A stretch of 64,000 bases of DNA, taken from NCBI GenBank assembly GCA_963674785.1, contig OY771555.1, forward strand, positions 74,511 through 138,510, in the 5' to 3' direction. Positions 57,419 to 64,000 of this stretch are shown here, piece after piece; positions within the stretch are counted from its first letter, which is position 1, and the number at the start of each line of letters is the position of its first letter. The notes under the pieces were generated by a model. That model had not been told where the DNA came from, searched no databases, and worked only from the letters and a program-made list of their open reading frames with translations. The stretch is from Caldisericia bacterium. GTDB taxonomy: Bacteria; Caldisericota; Caldisericia; JAAYUI01. The position numbers were made by a program, and so were the translations under genes.

Positions 57419-58933
57419 AAGACAGTTTTTTCAATAGTTTGCTCAACAATTCTTTTACTTACTCCAATATTGGATTTTGACGTTATACCAAAAAGCATTC
57501 AGTTTGAGGTTAAAAATGGGAGGGTATCTCCAAAAAGTGCATTGGTAATAATCCAATGTCCAGATGATACACCATGGAAAGCTGAATATCCGGAAGGATT
57601 CGGGGGAGAAAAAGAAGGAATTGGTGCGAAAAATCTAATCATTCATCCCCTCGGTGACCTAAGTACCGCATCTGAAGAATCGGCTCTGAAAATAACCTCT
57701 GGAAATGTAACAAAAAGTATAGAAATAATGGTAAATCGGGAGAAGATAATAAACTTTGACCTGCGAATCTTTCCTGAAAGAAGAGTTTTTCATCCAGGGG
57801 GCTCCGGTGAATTTGTATTCCTCATCACATGTCCTGATGAAACTGCATGTGGACAGATAAAATTCACTGAACCAGCAGAAAAACCGAGCGGCAGGGTCGC
57901 TGTAATGCCCAACTACCTCACACCTCCAGGAATTGCAAAAATTGCGATGAGTTCAAGCATTCACACAAAACCAAATTCCTTCAATCTTCCCGTTAAAGCA
58001 AATTCAAAAAACAGAAAATTCAGTGGGATAATAAAGTCGGAAGTCGTTGAACTTGGAGACCTACCCGAAAAACCAATTGCTGAGATCTCAACAGATAATG
58101 TTTCATTTATTCCAGGAATTGATGAAGCTGGAAAAATCATCACAATCACACCTGATTCTGATACAAAAAACTTCCGTTGGGAGGCAGTACCTGATAAACC
58201 CTGGATTGATTTTGAACCAAACCATGGATACGGAAACGCAAGAATTAAGGTCAATCTATACAAGGATGGACTAACCACTGATGTCGATTCAGGTAAAATA
58301 ATCTTCACATTTCCAGGCATGGAAACCATCACAAGGGAAGTCGTGGTTGATCTTCTTCCAAACCCAACAGAAAACTTTTTCGTATCTCCCAAGACAGTTT
58401 TTCTAGGTCCGCTTGAAACTCTTTTTTCGAAACCACAAATAGAGATTGATGTTCTTACAGATACATCATGGGAGATAATTGAAAAACCAGAATGGTTGAA
58501 TCTGTCACAAGAAAATGGGGTTGGAAAAACCATTATCGATTGTGACATCATTGAAGATTTTGAAAGCAACGAAAGGATGGTTGAATCAGAAGTAGTTATA
58601 AGGCTTTCAGACTATAAAGAATCCATTCTGTCGGTCAAAATCATGAACCTGACAACAAATAAATTCCTACCAGAAAAAGTGGACTGCAAAAAATCAGGAA
58701 ACGTCTACAAGACAGATTTCTTCTGTGCAACATTCGATGGCAATGAAAACCTCTTTTTCATGCAACCAAACAACGGGTGGTTAGTTAGACCAAACCTATC
58801 TGATTACCCAAAAATTGGACTTTCCATTTACAGACTTTGGGGGAACGATAACACTGAAACGCTGAAGGTTTTCAGGGTTATCCCAGGATTTAATCCAGAG
58901 CTTTATCTGTTGGATGTTTCTCTAATCGATTAG
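57419..58933 (+). CDS. Secreted hypothetical protein. The start is at 'MKTVFSIVCS'.
   Basis: Signal peptide, then a roughly 480 aa beta-rich sequence with no recognised motif. Confidence 0.5.
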   Translation, partial: KTVFSIVCSTILLLTPILDFDVIPKSIQFEVKNGRVSPKSALVIIQCPDDTPWKAEYPEGFGGEKEGIGAKNLIIHPLGDLSTASEESALKITSGNVTKSIEIMVNREKIINFDLRIFPERRVFHPGGSGEFVFLITCPDETACGQIKFTEPAEKPSGRVAVMPNYLTPPGIAKIAMSSSIHTKPNSFNLPVKANSKNRKFSGIIKSEVVELGDLPEKPIAEISTDNVSFIPGIDEAGKIITITPDSDTKNFRWEAVPDKPWIDFEPNHGYGNARIKVNLYKDGLTTDVDSGKIIFTFPGMETITREVVVDLLPNPTENFFVSPKTVFLGPLETLFSKPQIEIDVLTDTSWEIIEKPEWLNLSQENGVGKTIIDCDIIEDFESNERMVESEVVIRLSDYKESILSVKIMNLTTNKFLPEKVDCKKSGNVYKTDFFCATFDGNENLFFMQPNNGWLVRPNLSDYPKIGLSIYRLWGNDNTETLKVFRVIPGFNPELYLLDVSLID

Positions 58934-59579
58934 CCCAGTATATCGTTGAAAGATACATTCCAAGTAGAATAAATCCCCCAACTTCTATATACATCGACAA
59001 CCAGCTCAGATAAGTTGGCGCAAATTTCATTGGGAAAGCAAGTGCAATCATCATAACTGAAATTGCAAGCATTCCGCCTTTTTTCCTCAATAATAGAATA
59101 GCAGTTGGAATAGTTATCAATCCAGGAATAAGGATTACAATCGCAAAATTTGAAACAGAGAAGATACTTGGGGCAATCAACGCCAACAAAATGACAGGTA
59201 AAAACCCAAGATATAACCACAACCCATAATCAAATATTTTTATTCTCGCTGAAACATAAACAAGGAATCCACAACCGATTGTCAAAAGTGTTGGAAAACC
59301 GTACATCCCTGCCCAATTACCCGAAAGAACTCCAAGCTGGAAAATTGTCAAAAGACCATACGCAAGAAAAATAATTGTTGCACCGATTGCGACTTCAGTT
59401 TTCCCAAGCCACCAGGAAAGAATCATCACACCAGCTGGAACAATCAAACTAAAAATTATAAAAAACCAAGAGTTGGCTGTTGGCATCTGCAGATTTGGGA
59501 TAATACCCAACTCCTGTAAACCTATGACCGCCACAAAAACTCCAACAAAAATCAAAATACCCGTATATTTACGTTTCAT
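58890..59579 (-). CDS. Polytopic membrane protein (about 7 TM). The start is at 'MKRKYTGIL'.
   Basis: Entirely hydrophobic helices. It is convergent with the previous gene and overlaps it. Confidence 0.5.
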   Translation of the reverse strand: MKRKYTGILIFVGVFVAVIGLQELGIIPNLQMPTANSWFFIIFSLIVPAGVMILSWWLGKTEVAIGATIIFLAYGLLTIFQLGVLSGNWAGMYGFPTLLTIGCGFLVYVSARIKIFDYGLWLYLGFLPVILLALIAPSIFSVSNFAIVILIPGLITIPTAILLLRKKGGMLAISVMMIALAFPMKFAPTYLSWLSMYIEVGGFILLGMYLSTIYWANRLEKHPTDKALD

Positions 59580-59673
59580 AAAATTAAAAATACCATGTAG
59601 CAAGTAAATTTCAATGTTGAATTAAAATTGACTACATTTAAAATGAACTCGAATACGCAAAAAGGGGTTCTTC

Positions 59674-60903
59674 ATGGAAAGCAGAATAAAAGATATTCGT
59701 CTCGCCCCAAAGGGACACCAAAAAATTGAATGGATCAAACCAAGAATGCCCGTTCTCACAGGGCTTGTAGATGAACTATCTGGGAAGTTTTCAGGAGTTT
59801 ATATCTCGATGTCAATTCATCTTGAAGCAAAAACCGCATACATGGCACAAATCATGGCAAAATGTGGAGCAAAAGTTGCCATTTGTGGTTCAAACCCACT
59901 CTCAACCCAAGATGATGTTGTAGCGGCACTTGCTGAGTCGGGAGTTACTGTTTTTGCTCATCATGGTGAAACAGATGCAGACCATGCAAAAAACATAGAA
60001 TCAACACTCTCAATTAACCCTGACCTTGTGCTTGATGATGGCGCAGACTTGATTGCAACAATCTCAGATACCAAGAGAGAACACAGAGTACTTTGTGCAA
60101 CCGAGGAGACAACATCAGGAATAACAAGGATGAAAGCGCTTGCAGCAGCAGGAAAACTTCCATGCCCAGTGATTGCTGTAAATGATGCCCAATCAAAATA
60201 TCTCTTTGATAACAGGTATGGAACAGGTCAATCATCATGGGACGGAATAATGAGAACCACGAACCTCACGGTTTGTGGAAAAACCGTTGTTATTGGTGGA
60301 TATGGTTGGGTTGGACGAGGTCTTGCAATGAGGGCATCTGGAATGGGTGCCAGAGTCATCGTCACAGAGGTTAATCCAATCCGTGCGATGGAAGCGCATT
60401 TTGATGGATTCAGAGTGATGCAGATGATTGAAGCCGCGCCACTTGGAGATATCTTCATCACCGCAACTGGGGACACAAACATCGTCGATACAAGACATTT
60501 TGAGAGCATCAAAAATGGTGCAATTTTATCAAACGCCGGACACTTTGATGTTGAAGTCGAAATGAATGAACTGAATGCACTTGCAATCTCAAAAAGAATC
60601 GTCAGGGATAATATCACTGAGTACACTCTTCCGTCTGGTAAAGTGCTCAACGTGCTTGGTGAGGGAAGACTTGTAAATCTTGCCTGTGGTGATGGTCATC
60701 CAGCCGAGATAATGGATTTATCATTTGCTCTTCAAGCTCTCTCATTACTTCACGGGCTTGAAAACGGAAAAAACATGAGCAAAGATGTCCACAAGGTTCC
60801 TGAGGCAACCGATGAAAGAGTCGCGAAACTAAAGCTTAAATCTCACGGAATCAATATTGATAAACTTACTGAAAAACAGAAGAAATACCTTGCCTCCTGG
60901 TAG
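59674..60903 (+). CDS. ahcY: Adenosylhomocysteinase (short, archaeal-type)
   Basis: 'MPVLTGLVDE...SMSIHLEAKTAYMA...VVIGGYGWVGRGLAMRASGMGARVIVTEVNPIRAMEA...NAGHFDVEV' includes the NAD-binding GxGxxGxG motif and other family motifs. Confidence 0.9.
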   Translation: MESRIKDIRLAPKGHQKIEWIKPRMPVLTGLVDELSGKFSGVYISMSIHLEAKTAYMAQIMAKCGAKVAICGSNPLSTQDDVVAALAESGVTVFAHHGETDADHAKNIESTLSINPDLVLDDGADLIATISDTKREHRVLCATEETTSGITRMKALAAAGKLPCPVIAVNDAQSKYLFDNRYGTGQSSWDGIMRTTNLTVCGKTVVIGGYGWVGRGLAMRASGMGARVIVTEVNPIRAMEAHFDGFRVMQMIEAAPLGDIFITATGDTNIVDTRHFESIKNGAILSNAGHFDVEVEMNELNALAISKRIVRDNITEYTLPSGKVLNVLGEGRLVNLACGDGHPAEIMDLSFALQALSLLHGLENGKNMSKDVHKVPEATDERVAKLKLKSHGINIDKLTEKQKKYLASW

Positions 60904-60993
60904 GTTTACATAAAAAGTAATGTATGATACAATCGACATATAAAGGGATAGAAACCAATAGAAATCTAAACAGATGAAAGGGGTTCAATAAAA

Positions 60994-61398
60994 ATGGCAA
61001 AACTTGAATACGTTGAAGGAATCGGAGAAAAATACGCGGATAAGCTCAGGAAAGCTGGTGTTGCATCAACTGATGCGTTACTTGAGATGGGATCAACACC
61101 AAAGGGAAGAAAAGAAATCGCAGAAAAAGCAGACATCAGCGACAAACTGGTTTTAGAATGGGTCAACCACGTTGACCTCTTCAGAATTAAGGGTGTTGGT
61201 CAGGAATATGCAGACCTTCTTGAAGAAGCAGGTGTTGACACAGTTCCAGAGCTTGCTCAGAGAAACGCAGAAAACCTCACCAAAAAAATGGAAGAAGTAA
61301 ACGAGCAGAAAAAACTTGTCAGAAAACTTCCAGAACTTAAAATCGTTGAAGACTGGATAGCACAAGCAAAAGAGCTTCCAAGAGTGATTAAGTACTAA
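60994..61398 (+). CDS. DUF4332-like tandem helix-hairpin-helix protein
   Basis: Two repeats of 'VEGIGEKYADKLRKAGVASTDALLE' and 'IKGVGQEYADLLEEAGVDTVPELAQ'. An RBS 'aaagggg' lies upstream. Confidence 0.5.
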   Translation: MAKLEYVEGIGEKYADKLRKAGVASTDALLEMGSTPKGRKEIAEKADISDKLVLEWVNHVDLFRIKGVGQEYADLLEEAGVDTVPELAQRNAENLTKKMEEVNEQKKLVRKLPELKIVEDWIAQAKELPRVIKY

Positions 61399-61426
61399 GC
61401 ACAACATCAAATAAATAAACTCAGAG

Positions 61427-61458
61427 CCCAGCTTGTTGCAAGCTGGGTGTTTTATTTT
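61427..61458 (+). terminator. Rho-independent terminator
   Basis: 'cccagcttg-ttgc-aagctggg' followed by tgttttatttt. Confidence 0.7.
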
Positions 61459-61474
61459 AAGCTCTAGTACTAGA

Positions 61475-61978
61475 TTATAGCTCTTTATAAATCTCCCATA
61501 CTTTACCTTGTGATTCTCCGATAGTTCTCCTGATCCCCATATAAAACAGTGAGTTCATATGAGGTTCTATTTCTATATCTTGAGTGCTTCCCACAAACTC
61601 AATCGGATCAAAAAAAGAGATGCTATTGTGTCCATCTTCGAGTACTAGTTTGAAATAAGTATGGTGAGAAAATCTTGTTATTGGACATGTTTTTATTACT
61701 GCATCAAATTGTGGATTTCTAAAAACCCGCTTCGATAAAATCCCTTTTACAATAATTTGTGGCTCATTATCAACATATTCAAGTGTTATTTTCATCCTCA
61801 TAAAAGCTCGTGACGCAGCATAGAAAAGAATCGCAACAATAAACACAGCAAAAATGGACATATGAAATCCATCGGTACCAAAAGTTATCAACACAACAAA
61901 CAAAATTAATAAGCCAAACACAAGCATCCATGCCTGTCTTGCAGGGTCATTTAAAACTGTACATTCAATTCTTTTCAT
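61475..61978 (-). CDS. 2TM plus bPH-like small membrane protein (tandem paralogue 4)
   Basis: Two N-terminal TM helices, then 'KITLEYVDNEPQIIVKGILSKRVFRNPQFD', which parallels the three upstream paralogues. Confidence 0.55.
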   Translation of the reverse strand: MKRIECTVLNDPARQAWMLVFGLLILFVVLITFGTDGFHMSIFAVFIVAILFYAASRAFMRMKITLEYVDNEPQIIVKGILSKRVFRNPQFDAVIKTCPITRFSHHTYFKLVLEDGHNSISFFDPIEFVGSTQDIEIEPHMNSLFYMGIRRTIGESQGKVWEIYKEL

Positions 61979-61982
61979 ATTT

Positions 61983-62624
61983 TCAGCCCTCTTTAAATGG
62001 ATTGAATTCTTTTTCTTCTGTTTGCTTCAATCTTTCTATCAAATCATTGCTCGAATCAATTTTTCGTTTTGTTGTTTTTATTTCTGCATCAGGGTCTTTT
62101 TCGAAGCTTTCAAGAAGCCATAATGTTTCCCACATAAGATGTTTGCTTTCACCAATTGCAGTGTATGTATCTAAAAATGATGTTTTCTGCTCCAAATAAT
62201 AAGTATCATCCTTATCAATATCAGTTGATTTAACAGACATAGTCAATGATCTGAATTCGGTATAAATCATAAGGTAATCATTTATTCTTGAGTACCGGTT
62301 GTTTATTCTTATTAATTGTTTGCCCATACAAAATTGAAATGGCCACACAATAACAGTTTTCGAGAGCAAGCCTTTTGCTGTTATTCTGGGTTTACCAAGT
62401 TCAAAATCGAGAATCACTCTTATCCTAAAGACAAACCAGGCTATGAGAAATGTGCACCCAAATATGCCAAATAGAAGGAGTACAATTGGGGTGTTGGAGT
62501 TAAAAATATTTGTTGTGACACCGAGATAAATAAATACAAAGAATTCAAAGAAAAGAAAAAAGATAATGGCAGGATTATTCAAAAACTGCATTCTTATTTT
62601 GATATTTCGGCTTTCCTGATTCAT
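61983..62624 (-). CDS. 2TM plus bPH-like small membrane protein (tandem paralogue 3)
   Basis: 'ILDFELGKPRITAKGLLSKTVIVWPFQF'. C-terminus '...EKEFNPFKEG'. Confidence 0.55.
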   Translation of the reverse strand: MNQESRNIKIRMQFLNNPAIIFFLFFEFFVFIYLGVTTNIFNSNTPIVLLLFGIFGCTFLIAWFVFRIRVILDFELGKPRITAKGLLSKTVIVWPFQFCMGKQLIRINNRYSRINDYLMIYTEFRSLTMSVKSTDIDKDDTYYLEQKTSFLDTYTAIGESKHLMWETLWLLESFEKDPDAEIKTTKRKIDSSNDLIERLKQTEEKEFNPFKEG

Positions 62625-62727
62625 TTACTATTCTCACTTTGTTTCATCGAAAAAGACTCGATTATAAGCAACCAAAAGAAGGCAGGGTTATTGTTCAGTC
62701 TGCATTTTATCGTTTCCACTGTTCCCC

Positions 62728-63354
62728 CTATTCGTCCTCAACAAATGGTGACTCATAAAATTCTTCCTCAGCATTGTGCTCAATCTTTGAGGGTGTGATA
62801 TTTGTCTTTTTGACATTGAGCTCATTTGTTTTCCAGTCTTCGATTTTTGAAAACAATTCATTCAATCGATATTCATTGTTTCCAACAACATACAACGAAT
62901 CTAAAATACTTGGATTTATCTTTTGCTGCAAATCTGAATCTAGTTCTTCAAGCAAAACCTTAGAAACAATTTTGAAAACGAATGAATTTCTAGAAAAAAC
63001 AGCAAAATGCACATGAGATACTGCGCGTTTCATATATACTCTATTTTCTGATCCCCTTTTATACGAAAACGGCCAAACAAGAATGCTTTTTGAACTTTTT
63101 CCAGCAAAAGTCAAACGTGGTTTGGAAAGTGAAAAATCAAGCGTAAGTACAACTTTAAAGTTCAAATACCCAAGATAAAATACTGCAATAAACAAGGCAA
63201 TAACAAAGACAGTCAAAACTGAAGGTTTATAAAATATGCTGAATTTTGTATAAACACCGAAAACAAAAAAGACGAAAATCTCAATCGCGAGAAATATCTT
63301 TAACGCGAAACCATTTCTGAGTTCCACTTCTATTCTATAATCTTTGTCGGTCAT
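62728..63354 (-). CDS. 2TM plus bPH-like small membrane protein (tandem paralogue 2)
   Basis: 'VLTLDFSLSKPRLTFAGKSSKSILVWPFSY'. C-terminus '...EEEFYESPFVEDE'. Confidence 0.55.
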   Translation of the reverse strand: MTDKDYRIEVELRNGFALKIFLAIEIFVFFVFGVYTKFSIFYKPSVLTVFVIALFIAVFYLGYLNFKVVLTLDFSLSKPRLTFAGKSSKSILVWPFSYKRGSENRVYMKRAVSHVHFAVFSRNSFVFKIVSKVLLEELDSDLQQKINPSILDSLYVVGNNEYRLNELFSKIEDWKTNELNVKKTNITPSKIEHNAEEEFYESPFVEDE

Positions 63355-63950
63355 TATTCCTCACCCACAAACGGATTTTCAAAAACGAAATCCTTTTCAT
63401 CAACTTCTACATTATCTGATTCGGTTTTCGGCTGTTCCTTTGCCTTCAGTTTATCATAAAGGTTCCACACAAAATCTGGGTATGGCTTTATGTTGATTAT
63501 CATTTTGCTATCTTTCTGCCTTATCAGTGATTCTGTCTGAACTCCTTCAATTATTTGATTTGGAGGAAGCCTTTCGAAAAAACAAAATCGTCGATTTTCT
63601 GAATCAGTGATTGCAAGCCTGAAATATACTCCCTCATCTCTTCTTGCAACAATTATCATTTTCCCTTCAAAACGATACGGATAATCTATCTTTGCTTTAA
63701 GAAACCTTCCATTTATGGTGATGTTTAGATCTTTTGAAGTAACTTCCAATTTCACATTGATCAGTTGCAATACTGCATAAATCACATAAATCAGCAGAAC
63801 CGATAAAATCACAATTGCATATATCAATCCATCATCAACATTTGCAAAAATCATAATGATTATTGCTAGAATAAAAACTGCAAAAAACGAGCAACCAACA
63901 AATTTATTCGCTGCCAAAGAATAATTGAAATTACCAGTTTGTTCTTTCAT
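63354..63950 (-). CDS. 2TM plus bPH-like small membrane protein (tandem paralogue 1)
   Basis: 'KLEVTSKDLNITINGRFLKAKIDYPYRFEG'. C-terminus '...DEKDFVFENPFVGEE'. The start overlaps the next gene's stop (ATGA). Confidence 0.55.
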   Translation of the reverse strand: MKEQTGNFNYSLAANKFVGCSFFAVFILAIIIMIFANVDDGLIYAIVILSVLLIYVIYAVLQLINVKLEVTSKDLNITINGRFLKAKIDYPYRFEGKMIIVARRDEGVYFRLAITDSENRRFCFFERLPPNQIIEGVQTESLIRQKDSKMIINIKPYPDFVWNLYDKLKAKEQPKTESDNVEVDEKDFVFENPFVGEE

Positions 63951-64000
63951 TTATCGGATTATTCCTCAAAAGGTGAATCAATTTCAGAAGCTTTTCGTTT

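Noticed and set aside
1-64000. Mobile elements or prophage
   Set aside because: No integrase, transposase, terminase, capsid or recombinase motifs were seen in any long ORF. The direct repeats found (31172-31355 and 32781-32965) are the 5' ends of paralogous genes, not IS termini.

Overview
This 64 kb window comes from a low-GC (roughly high-30s %) bacterial chromosome, probably an uncultivated anaerobe; I cannot assign a phylum from the sequence alone. It is gene-dense with short intergenic regions. I found no rRNA, CRISPR array, transposase or integrase.

The housekeeping backbone is:
- a 5'-truncated MurNAc-L-alanine amidase, then RNase PH;
- a fixABCX (etfBA-fixCX) electron-bifurcating ETF operon on the minus strand;
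- a near-consensus sigma70 promoter, tRNA-Trp, then secE-nusG-rplK-rplA-(L10 leader)-rplJ-rplL. Unusually, this cluster ends in a terminator and a flavodoxin-like gene rather than rpoBC;
- phosphopentomutase, adenosylhomocysteinase, an Fe-alcohol dehydrogenase, an FGGY sugar kinase, an M23 peptidase, a GNAT acetyltransferase, an HD phosphohydrolase and two SAM methyltransferases.

Between these blocks are accessory-looking regions that I consider the most interesting:
1. A tetR-led operon of two tandem paralogues encoding zinc-ribbon / single-TM / beta-propeller-like proteins. Their 5' ~185 bp are almost identical at the DNA level.
2. A second tandem pair of small zinc-ribbon + 2TM proteins next to a frameshifted W-rich repeat lipoprotein.
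3. A MarR-regulated three-domain fusion: iron-sulfur flavoprotein-like FMN reductase + SCP2 lipid-binding domain + polytopic membrane domain.
4. A tightly overlapping operon: HD hydrolase, tandem-duplicated ThyX-like protein, GT-C-like polytopic membrane protein, thioredoxin-like lipoprotein, membrane protein and methyltransferase.
5. A blaI / truncated blaR1-like M56 protease / htrA module.
6. Three very large secreted proteins (1364, about 2270 and about 720 aa) that share copper-amine-oxidase-N-like wall-binding-type domains.
7. A NifX-like / DUF134-NifX pair.
8. At the 3' edge, an array of at least four tandem paralogous small 2TM proteins with a conserved acidic C-terminal motif.

Two secreted-protein genes (1606-3236 and 12208-14699) are split by single-nucleotide frameshifts. 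All functional calls are based on motif recognition by eye in the translated ORFs; I ran no database searches.
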